Assembly: GCA_004022145.1 (NCBI GenBank) | Contig: RCNU01000011.1 | DNA: 64,000 nucleotides | Source: Paecilomyces variotii | Lineage: Eukaryota | Strand: one strand, 5' to 3' | In this document: positions 13,733-26,741 of the stretch, piece by piece | Numbering within the stretch: the first letter of the stretch is position 1 | How the letters are laid out: every line of letters starts with the position of its first letter | The notes under the pieces: model-generated | Databases searched by the model: none | The model's input: the letters and a program-made list of their open reading frames with translations, nothing else | What the model was told of the DNA's origin: nothing | Position numbers and translations under genes: made by a program

Positions 13733-16700
13733 CTAGGCCCTGGAGCCAGAGGTGGTCGAAACATCGCCAGCTGCAACAGTGTCTGTCTCAGAGACAGACG
13801 TCACAGACCTGGTTGCCATGCATTTGCAAGTTTCAACGCCCCCATCAGTTGTGCTTGCAGTATCGGTGGGTGGCGGAGTGGGGGGAGCAGCACCAACAAT
13901 AGGACGGCACGCTTCAATGTCAGTGAGCGACCTGCGAGAAGGCTGAGGAGAAGACTTGTGTGATGCAGGAGGCGTGGTAGACGAAGCTGCATTGACAGAA
14001 GAGCCCGTACCAGTGCTGGGGTCAAATATGAGCTTCTCGATTGCCACTATCTGCTTACCATAGCTGAATTTCTTCAGCTGGCTAAGCTGTGGTCTGATCT
14101 GCTCGACAAGGCCTTCGCGCTCATCACCCTTCAGCTGCCCAAGAACTTTCTCTGTATTCGATGTTAGTAAAAGTAATAGACGGACAATGTGAACAAAGAC
14201 TTACGGATGACGTAGTTTCCATATTGATCACGCATCAAGCCCAAGAGCGGGCTCTCGCCTCGTTCGTTGGGCGAGGTGAGGAGGCGAATTATCTCGCGTC
14301 TCTGGCTTTCCTCACCGAACTCGATGCTCTTTTCGACGACGTTGCTAGCAAACTTATGCTTGGAAAACACTAGCAGCTGGGAAAGGACGATGGAGATGAT
14401 CCTCGATCGGTCCTTCTCCTCGCCATTTTCGATGACATGCTGGATGACATAGTTTCCAAACTGATCCGGAATGAGGCTTGCTGTGCAAGCGTGAAGTTCA
14501 GCAAGAATGGACTGGCGATCAGGCTCTTCGCAATGCTCGAGCATTCTTTGAATGACGCGGCAGCCATAGGGATGCGCGGCAAGCCGGTTGACCTGTCCCT
14601 TAAAGGCGTTGATAATGAACTGGACATGCTGCGACGGAACCCTTTCAATGGCTTTCTGAATGACATGGTTCCCATTCTGGTCTCGAACGCACTTCAGGAC
14701 GTGGTTCTCGAGCTCCTTGACCATGGATGCTTGCTGATCCGTCAAGATATGTTCCAGCGCTTTCTGTACGACTCGACATCCATACATCTGTGTCGACAGA
14801 GCCAGAATATGTCCCTTCATCTGGTTCGCAAGAATCTTCTTCTGGGACTGGTTGCCGTGCTCAAAGAGCTTCTGCACGACATAATTTCCGAAAACATCTG
14901 TCATCAGCTGCAGCGAGTTCGGCTGGATCTCACGGAAAACCTGTTCTTTCTCGTCACTGTTGGCAGTTTCTAACTTCTGCTGAATGAAACGAGAGCCATG
15001 CTGGTCTCCACTGAATTCGACAATGTGGTTGTATATATCCTTCAATTCGTATCGCTTGTTACCCTTGTTGTTCGTCCTGAACTCCTCTAGCAATGGACTC
15101 CGAACCACCTGCGTCGGGTCGTGGTCACGATGCGGAGCGCGGGGAAGAACACCGGCGGCACCAAAACCAGCGTAGGGGGCCATAGGATAGAAGGCCGCAA
15201 GGGGGTTGAGCCTGGCCGCCTGATATGCGGCAAAGTCGTAAGCAGGAGGAAACTGAAGACGAGGCTGGAGTAAGTTGGCCGCGTGCTGAGAGTACTCCTG
15301 TTCCTGTTGCATTGCACGAATCTTCCGATCCAGCAGCGCAGTCTGCCCATCCGGGGCGGGGTTAGCAAGTCGAATACCTCCGGAAGGCGTGCGATATTGC
15401 GTCGTAGGTGCAGGAGTCCCGCTAGCTTGGTAGAAAGGGCTATTGATGCGACCGTAGTCGACGGGAGAACCCGAGCTGCGATCCGCCAATCGAGAAGCAG
15501 CCGGGTGATATCCAGCATGTAAATCAGAGCCGTCAGGGGTGTAACCACTCACTGGCTGGTAGTTGCCTTCGTCAGCAGCCAACTGGTACTTGAATCTGTT
15601 GAAAGATCCATCGTACGAGGCATGAGAGACGTAACCTGGTCTCTGCGCGCTTTGCTGGGAGGAAACATTGTTATCATTCAGCTGCAGCTTGTCCAGTCCG
15701 GCGCTGATGTCCATTTGACTGTTTCCATATCGGTTCTGGAAGCCCTGGCTGTCGGAGTGAAATGATGGATGGGCAGAGTGGCCAGGCCTCTGGGATGCAA
15801 GAGACAGAGATCCATGGGACAGATGATTGTACGGACCAGCAACCGCAGTGCGGCCGGTCTGATTCATCGACTCAGTAACAGTCTGAGGGAATGCCAGGTT
15901 GATCGAGCTGATGTCCTCTGCTCGTGAGACCTCAACCTCTCCAGACAGACTCCCTCTGCCCTGGAAAGTCGGTCCTACTGTGTTACCACTGAACGACGAA
16001 CTGATTTGACGGCGGTTGGACTCCTCGTTCCTAAAGCCGCCAAAGTTCCCAAACGAAATGGAATCGCCGCCAGACGGGGTTAATCCCTCAGATGGCTGGT
16101 TCAGGTAGGTCTTTTCCCTGGCGGTTGTGGATCCTTGCCCGATGGCTGAAGGTCTGGGAAGCGAGAAATAGGACGTCGTATCCGCCTCAGAAATAACAGG
16201 AGCACTTCGGTCGTGGGCGCGCGCTTGTACGGGAGACGTGGCAATGCTCTTGCTCTGTGTCATCGACAATGAAGATGCTGAGCTTACAGTGCTCCATGGC
16301 AAGTTTGGCCGGCCGGTCCAACCCTCAGATTCAGAAGTGGACAGCAGGGAACCTGACCCGGATTTGCCTTCAAAAGCATGCTCCGCTCCGTTCATCTGCG
16401 TTTGGTCTAAACCGGGGTCAGTTTGATGATAGGCTACATGTAGCAAGCAGAATTCCGTACCTCTGATCAATCCAGTGTCCGCGGGACCATCCGTGAAACC
16501 AGTTCCGAGGTTAGTGTTACCCCAGATATTGTTATTCCATCTGCTCTTTCCAGAGCCAAAGCCCTTGGCCATGCCATGATTATGTGACGCCCGAGAACGG
16601 TCGCCGCTCATGCCTGAGGTCCCCATATTCGAGGCCCGATCTGATCGAACCTGGACAGCACCATCAGTCACCTGCACCATCAACCAGAGTGGGCCAAGGG

Positions 16701-16755
16701 AAGAATGGCCTACATTATGCACAGCTGCCGCGTTTGCTGCCATGGCGGACGCCAT
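13733..16755 (-). CDS. PUF3: Pumilio/PUF-family RNA-binding protein (Puf3/Pumilio orthologue); introns 16407-16460 and 14152-14204
   Basis: Eight PUF repeats with canonical recognition residues ([83 protein letters not shown] after splicing). The last exon continues KVLGQL...[11 protein letters not shown] to a stop at 13733. Confidence 0.92.
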
Positions 16756-16937
16756 CACAGCGTGGATGAGAAGATGCGATTAAATATGTACTCGAACGTG
16801 TTGCGAGGGTATTTGCAAGTGCCGTCGAGGCTACGTCAGATATATTAAATGACAGGTCGTGGGGTTAACCGTAGATCGATGGGTAATCGCACGAGCACCA
16901 GGCAGTTGGATGCGTGCGAGAGGTGTGAAATATATGA

Positions 16938-17016
16938 CTGTTGGCGCAGCAGTCAGCCCAGCAGCTCTCAGCAATGGAGGATCACCGGTACCTGGAACCA
17001 GGCAAGGAAGACTCAC
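16938..17016 (-). other. Putative 5'-UTR intron of the PUF gene
   Basis: Minus strand shows GTGAGT donor (17016), GCTGAC branch site and CAG acceptor (16938), about 180 nt upstream of the ATG. Confidence 0.5.
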
Positions 17017-18165
17017 CAAGGGAGGGGAATGAAGTCAAGAGAAGGGCTCCCTTCGGTCTAGTGACCAGGCCAGGACATGTACAATTATACAGGACGCGAA
17101 GGGCAGCGGGGGTTGTCGGAAGAAGGGAGGGAAGGGCAGGTGAGGGCGAGAAATGCTGAAGAGAGGCAACGGTTCTCGGGGGGGTCTCGGGCGGTGTCGA
17201 AGCTTGGATGCAAGGTAACAAGCAGAAAATCGGGCAGTCCCCTTCGTTTGCCCGTGCAAAAAATCAGCAGGCAGCCGTCGAACAGAAAGCCTGCATATAC
17301 CACAGAGGTTCTTTACGCTCCGTGCATGCCCCAGGAATCCCGATTCCCGCAGATCGTCCTCATATGGGTTGTGGAGAGAGCGGTGGGCGCTGGTGAGCTT
17401 GGTTGATTCGCGGAGGCAAGGGGTGGATGGATTGCGGCCTGCGTGAGAAGAATGCTGTCCGTCGCGCAGACAGAAGAACCGATGTGATTAGTCGACCGGA
17501 TTGGACTGGAATGGGAATGTCGAAGAGACACAAAGGATCGATGGTATCAAACTCCTGCAACGGTCACACAGAACGAAGCAGCGAGTCTGGGGAAGAGCTG
17601 CCGCTTCTGGGAACGAGGAACCTTTGTCTCGCGAACCTTGTCCTCCAGGGATGGGAAAAAAGGGAAGCAATAGAAGGGAGATAAAGAACGGGTGATACGA
17701 AGGAGGAAATACAGGAAGGAGAAGGGAAGGGAGAATGGGGAATGAGAAAGGGAAAGGAAGAAAAGAAAAGGTCACGGTTGATGGCGGGCGGAATTGATGA
17801 TAAGGCGAGAGGCTGCGTGTTCTCGTCTTGTCTGTAACTGCTGTGACGGGCGGTTGGCGCCCGCTGTTGGCAGACGATCCACGGGTACCTCGACCCTGCA
17901 TAGCTTTTGCGTGGTGATCCGGGTACCTTTTGATCAAACGCAAACTGTATGCTGCTGATACGGTCTGGTCTGGTATTGAATCTGATCTGACGCCGCGCTG
18001 CGCCATCCAACATGCCTAGAGGATCTAAACTTGGGGATCTTCCCCGGCGCTTGTCTAGTAGCTCCATTGGGCGCTCTCTCTTTGTCTACAGCTCGTCGTC
18101 CAGCCAGGGAGGAGTTCACTGCACAAGCCTCAGCATGGCGACCGTGGCACCGTGGATGCGCTTCA

Positions 18166-18205
18166 CTTGATTTGATTTGATTTGATTTGACTTGACTTGA
18201 CTTGA
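18166..18205. repeat. Pentanucleotide microsatellite (YTTGA)x8
   Basis: CTTGA (TTTGA)4 (CTTGA)3 read directly. Confidence 0.9.
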
Positions 18206-20716
18206 CTTTCCCTTGACTCGGCCACAGACACGAATTCCTCCTACTGTACATAGATACACTTCCCGAAACGACGCTGTTCCCCGTCGTCCATTGCGCCATG
18301 ACAGCCGTATCAGATGCTGTCATGCAGCTCTTCTAGAGGCTTGAAGGCCCGTCAAAGGCCTCCGTCTTCTGGCCAGATGCCGTGATCCCATTGTTGCGTA
18401 CCCCATGCGACACCTGGTCGATCCCGATTCTCGATCTTCCTTAAGTTAGCTAGCTTACCACGCTGTTCCCAGATTGCTGCCAAGCCCTGGATCCATGCGC
18501 AGCATTATTGCTTGTGTTCAGCTCGGACATGACTTCCTGGCCCCCGCTCGAACAGCTCTGTGGTATGACCGATCGTGACCATGGCGCGTGTCATTGCTAC
18601 AGTACATTTGCGACTGCGTACGGTGTTTCCCAGTGTTGCAGGTGCCAGGCCAGAGGACAGCCTAGCTATTTGAGATGCTGCTGATGTTGCAATAATCAAT
18701 AATAATAATGGTCTGACGTACTGTATTACATACTGGACCTGATGGCTCACCTTTTAACTAAGCCATAAGAGCCCGATAAGACTAAGAGAAACGCTAATAA
18801 AGGTTTCTAATCATGGCAAATCTCCGACGACAAGCACGATCCATTTCCTACCTCTCAGATTGACAGCCCCGCTTAGCAGCACTTGTTCTGCAACCTTGTC
18901 CATGCACAGATCAGATAGAACCAAGTTTCATGTCTGACCATCTTCTTCGGCGCGCCTACGGCTATCTAGTGGTTGTACTGTAATAGGCAGTTCCCTTGTG
19001 TACCCGACACGATTCCTTGCCCGGAGGAGAGAGCGACGAGTCCCACAGTTCCCTTCGTCGGCGTGTCTGTCAATAGTTCAATCCTTGGACCTGATGGCTG
19101 CTGACAATTGTGGGTAACCTTATGTTGGCCGACAGGAGGAGTTCGTTAATTCCTGGCCACACGATCCGCGGCTCTCCGAAGGATTGGGGGGTTTCCCTCC
19201 CCAAGAAACGCTTCTCACCCTAGCTTGTCCCAGGTATTTCACATTCTCGAGGAAGAGCTTGAAGGATAAACTTACTGCTGTGACGCTGCAGCTTTCTCTC
19301 AGACAGGGAAAAAACACATCGACCGTCCATGGTATGTAGGGATGTCACGACGTTTGTCAGAATGGCTCCACGGGCCGCCTCCCGTCTTAAAAGCTTTCTG
19401 TGTATCGATAAATCCACAGGACTAGTAGGATTTCGACTTAGCGGCCGAACCCAGGCGTCGATCTCGAGTCTGACGGCTGCCAGATCTCCCCAGGTTCGCT
19501 TGGTCCTGCACATCACGGTTCCGATTGATATCCAAGCTGTGCTCTTCTTGTCTTGAGAAGGTACAGTAAGTACATCGAGTGTACAACATGACCGCTCTAT
19601 ATTTAGTCTTTTGCGCACCCATGTATTCGAATAACACGTCTGGCGTCTCCCTCCTGCGCATATGATATTTTATTTCTCTCAGCGATCTCCGGCAGAACCA
19701 GTGGATATCGCGAGCTGAATTGGGCTCGCATTGACCGCCGCTCGCGCTAACATTCATCGCCTGGTTTGGAAACTATGGGAAAAAGAAAGTAGTACTCCTT
19801 CTTGAACGCTAGGAACAATTCAATAATATTCGAGGATCACGAAGAAAAAAGATACTGGATTTCCGGAAATATTCCCCAGATTCTTTTCAGTTTATCGAAG
19901 TTACAGAGTTGCCGCCTTGCATCCTCTTGATGGAGCCACTTCAACTAGCGCAACCCCATTGGGTGGGGACTATTTGTTCGCCCCATACCAGCAACACTAC
20001 TTCAAGATTCACGATGGAGCCAAGGAGGCGAAACTCTGAAAAGCGTCTGCCCCTTGGTAATCCTACATAGAAGACATTATTATTATTATTATCGCGCCCA
20101 TTCTCCTTGGCGTTTGCGCCTATCCCGCTGGAAGTATGTCTTGGCAGTGCTTGTAGAAGCGGTGAAGCTTCATTGGAATGTTCGTCCTCTCATCGAGATG
20201 AATCTAGGTCAAAAAGCCTCGCTCGTAGCTGGCCGGAAGGCATGGAACGATGAGCAGTCTAGATGCTGCTCTCGCGACCCATGGGAGAGATCTACCATAA
20301 GTGTACATCACGACTAAGAGCGCATCTACCGATGGATTATTTACCTCGAGCTCTATCACAAATCCATAGACGTATTAGTCTAGTGTATATCTGAATGCTT
20401 AAAGGGGCACGGAACAGACTACCGTGGAGCAGAACTAGAGGAACGTGCATATCACTAGTACCATAATAACTACTCGGCTAAACTACCATAGAAAACAGCT
20501 CTAGACTAGAGAAATGATATCCCTGCCGGAAGTTCAAAGAGATGATTACAACCAGTGATCACATTATACTGTGTCATTGACTTCCCCTGGCTATATTGAA
20601 TTGACAGAGTATGCGATCGCATACTCTCGCACGAGCAACCAACATCCCAATCTGGACCTCGCAGCATGATGACGACTCTTAACGGTCCGAAGCGGCTTCA
20701 ACCCCTCGTGCCTGTC

Positions 20717-20738
20717 GGGGGGGGGGGGGGGGGGGGGG
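20717..20738. repeat. Poly-G tract (22 G)
   Basis: Read directly; overlaps the short inverted repeat GGGTGTC-G-GACACCC (20736-20750). Confidence 0.9.
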
Positions 20739-23537
20739 TGTCGGACACCCATGGAACTGCGGACCCAGTCCCCTTGTGGCTGAGAGTCACGAGAGGGGTA
20801 TAGTCGGTAGGTAAGCATGAGAATATGAAGGTGCAGTCATTTGTATTTGCATCTAATGTGTCTTTTACGTAGTGCATCGTAGTGTATTCTCTTATAAACT
20901 ATTAGCGTGTTGCATAACAATTTTCAAATCAAAAAGAATATTCGATGTAGTTATACGTTTGGATTAGAATATACATGGTTCAGTAATAGTATAGACATTG
21001 GGTTATACATACATATATATCTATATATACTTCTGTCCGGACTGGGTATTGACATGAAGTAAACACTGTAGACTCTCAACTTAAACCACTATAAACATTC
21101 ATGACATAGACATTCTCGACCGCACAATACAAAATTAAATGACGGCAAAAAGAGCTCAAGACACAAAAAAGTCTAGATAGAATAATTACCCCTCTTCTGT
21201 TCCCCGGCTCAGAAAAACACAGCATCCAGCAGGATCAAAACTTTATCATCGACACAACTGGCAGATTCTAGACGTTATCAATGATACAGCCATAGCATAA
21301 GATACGCACAATATAACGTACTCTATGAGTACCTTACGCTTTAATTACAACTCCAATATTATCTAACAGAGCGGGGTTGATTGATGATCACTTACGTAGA
21401 GTAGAAAAGCATAGAAGCTTACATCAGCCGCACAGATCGTCCACCGGGTTTTGTCTGACTTCATCTCTTCAATCTCGCAATGCTTTTGCACACACTTTGA
21501 TCGCTGTAAATTCTCCAGGAGAAGGGGATGCTTTCCATATCAGGGAAAGAGACTAGATGTGCTGATACAAAATAGGCTGTTCCATTTCTCCTCGCCGTAC
21601 ATGCTATGTCAAAGGGCGAACGAGGAAGGCCCCGAAGAGGCTTATTCCAGAAGAGGAAACGAGAGAACCTTTCCCCAGCTCATAGTGAGCGTATGGGCCC
21701 TTCTAATCGTAAACACTCGCAGTATACATACTCCCGTATGGTTTATTCCACATATTATGGCAATATTCTATTTGCTCCGACCGCCATCCCGCGAGACATA
21801 AAAATACCACAACAAAGACCCAATGCAGCCTGGAACGTATTTAAAAAAAAAAAAAAAAAAAAAAACAAAAAAACAAAGTAACAAACCTTCTTCAACACAG
21901 CTTCTACTAGAAAGTGTGTTTATACACCATTTAGTAGAGGCTCTTTCACGGAAGGAAGAATAGCGATTTATCGACGACCTGTACAGTACATACTTACCCT
22001 CCTTGGTATTTGTGTTTTCGGTTACCTATGGAGGGCGTGTGATACAGGGACATACATGTTGAATCAGCTACTGTTTTTCTATGATACTTTTGATACCGGT
22101 AGGATATTATGTGGGAAATTGAGATTGTGCCGTGTAACCTTTGGTCTAGGGTTATATATGTTAATTAGGAGAACTATGACTTTGGACAGACTCATTCGGA
22201 TATCGATTCCTCGCCACTGTCATTTCAGACAAATTTCACTATGAAGCCTGGCATAAGCAGATTGTACTGATTTTGGTAGGTGCGTAATTGTGGACGGGAC
22301 GTCCAAGAATATGCCTCACGTCCTACTTGTATAGAAAATCCAATCCGAGGCTGTGAGGATGATCCACGAATGAGCATTATCACATCACAAGGTTTACCCA
22401 CATAGAAGAATCTGAGAAATAAGTGTGTGAGATGGTATATGGCTCTAACAAAAAAGAGAGACCTGTCTCGATATGACTGTTGGTGCTTACAAGTAACAGG
22501 GGTAGACATGTGATCTTGAAACCCTGAGCAGACACGGTAACGTGTTTCGAAGGTAAGCTGGAAGGTGCAGGGTATATATAGTATCTAGAACGTGAGAAAG
22601 ACGCGTTTTGGAATCTCTGGTCTATTGTTAGAACCCGGTGACGATATCTTGATGCTGGTATACCGACAAATGGATATAAGCTCCCCAATATGTCCCGAAC
22701 TTAGCAAGTAGAATTCTTCCTCCATCTCATAGATTTGAAAACAATACAGCGCTTTCTATCTCTGATTCAATAAAAGTGAGCTGTCCTGATGCCGCTTCTA
22801 ATCTGTGGACTCCCGCCTGCCTAGGGTATCGCATGGGCCATATTCAGCACACGTCGAGTTTTCTCGAATTAGTAGAAGGTAGATTGATTCTATTTCAGAT
22901 ATAACTGCATAAGGCTCATTCTGACACAGAGTCGGAAGTAGCCTAATTGCAGCTTTGCCTTGCCCCGCGTATGCTTCATAACGTAAAAACAGTAGACGGA
23001 TCTACACTAGGCTGGCGCTTTGCAGTTTGACATTCATACTAGCTACTTAGACAAAGCAGAAAATCTACAGGAGCAGATACTGTCGGCAGAACGTAGCCTT
23101 CTTGTCTTCCACATACAGTTTCATTCTCATCCACAAAATTTCATTTGACAGATCCATCCATTACACCATTCTATGATCACTGCCTTTACAGTATGGGACA
23201 ATTCGAATTCCAGACGCAATACAAAATGCTGCCATGATGGTGGCAGCCGAACACCAAAGCCATGACTCAGAATTTGTGCATGAATACATTGATGAAGGCT
23301 TCATAGTCGAGGGGATTTGACGGATACGAACATACAGAAAAGCTGGGAGAATGGCGCCTATGCTTATCGCAAGTCGGGAATGAAACACGGTCCATTAAGT
23401 CGGAGAAGGGGTATTTGTTCATTATCTTCTCTCCAGATTATTGAGAATAATTATGGAAATCTACTGAACTTCTAAAATCCCAGTAGACAGCAGAGCCGAT
23501 TACCTCCAGCCGTGCTGCCCGACTGTCTGGTATATGA

Positions 23538-24120
23538 GCTACTGCGATGCAGATCAATGTCTGAAAGGAAGTTGAAGTCGAGAATACAATCCGTGACGTG
23601 AAGTACCAATATACCTATATTGATATATGCGTGAATAACGCCGCCGGTGTAAGTTCTTTGCTCCAATTATCTCGTCACAGTGACTGTTGGCGGTAAGAAT
23701 ACGGGTGTCCCAAGATATACTCCCATCAGCTCCATGAGCCTGGACGAATACCGGTAGATGGATGAGGTCCACAGTATTGGCAGCTTCCTGATTATGCGAG
23801 CTGTTTCGAGAGTAATGCTGGAGCAAGAGCCTCGGATGGTCGACCGCTCATGTAGTAGAGGCTCAGTTGTGATTCTCACATCGCTAGCATCCGAAGGCGC
23901 TTTCGCCGGTGTGGGAAACTACATTGCGGCAAACACGCAGTCAAGAAGATTTTACAGACTTCTGCTAAGTCATTCTTGCCCAATCCCCAGTCCTTAGTCT
24001 GCGGCAGATACTCAACCCACCATTTTGGCCATGGAAATGCTCCCTAAGGTATCCGGGTCAATGCCGTCGCAACTTCATACGTCTCTGGTCAGATGATTAA
24101 CGGGTTCCTGGACGAGGCGC
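23538..24120 (+). pseudogene. Degraded short-chain dehydrogenase/reductase pseudogene
   Basis: Translates to ATAMQINV*KEVEVENTI...IDICVNNAAG, an intron-like GTAAGT, then ...SMSLDEYR*MDEVHSIGSFLIMRAV...RGSVVILTSLA...NYIAA/(frameshift)KHAV and ...GIRVNAVA. In-frame stops at 23562 and 23755; no intact N-terminal Gly-rich motif found. Confidence 0.75.
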
Positions 24121-26201
24121 ATGCAGAGAAGAAGAGTGACTTTTGCTGTCGTGGTAGCTGAAGAAAGTCGCGCAGATTGATATCTCTCAACAGCCTACTG
24201 TAGGTAGTTTTTTATGCGAGTGGTGCACTGGTGCAAAATGAACAAAAAGCATTGCCGAAAACAGAATGAGGATATGAATTGGCAGCTCGTCTAGATATCC
24301 TTGATCTACTCTAGGCTGGGGTTCCAATCCTACTGCAAAAAAATGAAGCTCTAGACGGAATGATGACCTGCTAAACTGGATCGGTGTTCTATGCTCATAA
24401 TAACCAACAGTGCTTCGCCGCTGCAGCAAGGTAGTACGTACATACTACATAGCAGCAACCCAGAAAATCCTGGCTGACCGTTACGATCATCGTCTTCTGG
24501 TTGAACTGAAGTGGGCAGATCCAAGAATGAGAGAAACAGTGAAACGTCGAGTTAAGGAGGGCATTGAAACATTGACAGGAGTAGGCTCGGCTTTTCTTGA
24601 GTTCCATTTTTCATCGCCTGGGAATGTCACGAGAAGATCGGCAGAGGGGTGTTTCTGAAACAGAATCCCTCTTCTGATTCTCTTAATTATGATATATTAA
24701 GCTATTCTTCGAGGGAATCATTTATGAAGACGGACGTAGCTCTGGAATCTGGACCACTATACCACATGGCATTATTTATGCAGACTTGTCCGTCCGGTCT
24801 GATAGGTCGACGCCATCTGCCTGCCTTGGCCCAGTGGACGCCGGATAGCGTGGGAGTCCCACTAGGGATCTTGGAAGTGGGAGAAGAAAATCCTGCAGGG
24901 AAGTAAATGTGATTTGATCCTCCGCATCCCATGGATCCGAACGAATATAGGTCAACAAGGGAGGGAGCATACTATACAGGAAGCCATTTGACGGAAATAC
25001 ACCTGCAAGGCCGGAGAATAAATAATAATCAAATAAGAGTTTGTCCCTTGACCGAGTGGCTCGCGTGCGTTATGTACGGGGTAGTGTGTGCAATGTGCAT
25101 TGCCGTAGCTGTAGTGGAGATCCGAACACTGTCAGACCATGCGAGCCGTTTTAGCCAGGGGTAAGTAGACATCGGTTAGATATCCAGACTGGAGAGAGTT
25201 CCAAAACCACCATGGCTGCTTCTCCTGTTTAGTTTGGATATCGTATCTCTGATGTGAGGCGGTCTGAAGTACCTCGAGTCTTCGTGTTGACGGTGCCACC
25301 TGTGAACGGTCCAGAACAGAATCCTGATTGAAGTCTTTTAAGCTCGACTTGGTTGTGATCCGGAGCCAGAAGCATTATTTGGTGTGTATCCAAATATGGA
25401 AAATCGATAGCCTGCGCCATGCAGCGAATAAGGAGTGGGATTGAGTTGACGGCGCGAGAGACGGCGCGTGCAGTGGAGGCGCCAATTCAGGTACAGAAAC
25501 ATCGTTATAGGTGGATGCAGGAGGTGGGAAATTGCAGATGGCGCCCGCCAAGCGGTTCAAGTCAACAAGCGTGTCAAACAGGGCAGAAAGTAGAAGATAG
25601 ACTACGGACGAACGAGTTAGACACAAACGACGTGGGCGAGCTTGTTGTGCTGGCGTCGTGCAGCCTGGCCAGCGTTGAACGGGCCCTTGCGCTCTCCCGC
25701 GAGGCCCCCCATTCCTTGTCTAGACGGCCTTGCGTCTTCCTCCTTTATCCTTCTTCACCACCTCCATACTATCCCTCTGCATAGGGTATACCGTCCTCCT
25801 TCTTTCCCTTTCCACTCTTTCGACTCCCATAGCAGGTGTCAGCTTCATTCTTTCAGCTGTACACTGTGCTGTCCATTCTTTCCTTTCTAGCAGTCTTGCT
25901 ACGACCGTGCCGACCTAGGCAAAAACAATCACGTTGAACCGACCAATATACCCTCCCTATCCCGAACAGGATCCATTCTTTCCAGTCCCCGTGGGATCTG
26001 TCGAGTCTTTGCTGTGAGTAAGCGGTGGAATTGCGATTGCGTCTCATTCTGCGACCGTGGTGGTTGATGGTTGTTGTGCCAGTTCTGCCGACATACAGCC
26101 ATTGATAAACGTCTATTTCCGGCAACATTCCGCACGACAACAGCATCCCCGCGTCGCGATTGATAAATCCTTGAGCTATTACCGATCATCCTGTGAAAGT
26201 G

Positions 26202-26741
26202 ATGGACGCTCTCCGGACTCTGGTTACCCGCGATGACGGTAACAACAACGAGGAGGGACTCACCCCGACTATGGTCAACCTGTTGATCTCTCTGCTGGTC
26301 TTGATACTGTTCGGACTCTCGCTCGTGGGGGCCCTCTTAGTCCTCCGTCGCAAGCGCCAGAACCGCTCCCGATCAGAGCTCCCCATCCACAACGGACAGT
26401 GCAAGTCCAACCCCCGTTACACCATTACGTCCAATGGCAAGACGGAGTCGGTCTTCGTCTACGACGAGAAGCGCAATCTTATAGAGAACTCCTCCAGCCC
26501 TCCCAGCAGCCCCGTGCCTGAGATCCGCATCACGTTCCCCGAAGAGGAGGATGAGGCCGGAAAGCGCAAGTCCGGACGGGTAGTCGTCGTTCGAATCAGC
26601 GAGACCGGCGGCGTGGGCTTGGAACCCTGCCATGAAGACCTCCCGCCTTATCAGTCCAATGACGCTGAGCGTTTCCAGTCCCTGGATCTGGAACGCATGG
26701 GCGGGCTGAAGGAGAAGCAAGATGCGAAGAGATGGTCCTAG
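26202..26741 (+). CDS. Small single-pass membrane protein of unknown function with PxIxIT and LPPY motifs
   Basis: Coding-like composition. Hydrophobic helix LLISLLVLILFGLSLVGALLVL followed by RRKR. Cytosolic tail contains PEIRIT (26517-26534) and LPPY (26640-26651). Confidence 0.8.
   Translation: MDALRTLVTRDDGNNNEEGLTPTMVNLLISLLVLILFGLSLVGALLVLRRKRQNRSRSELPIHNGQCKSNPRYTITSNGKTESVFVYDEKRNLIENSSSPPSSPVPEIRITFPEEEDEAGKRKSGRVVVVRISETGGVGLEPCHEDLPPYQSNDAERFQSLDLERMGGLKEKQDAKRWS

Noticed and set aside
17488-18323. ORFs of 129-172 aa upstream of the PUF gene
   Set aside because: They arise from low-complexity pyrimidine tracts and a microsatellite; not protein-like.
19220-19757. 132-aa and 111-aa minus-strand ORFs in the long gap
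   Set aside because: No recognisable domain or transposase/RT motif; cannot be supported as a gene or mobile element.
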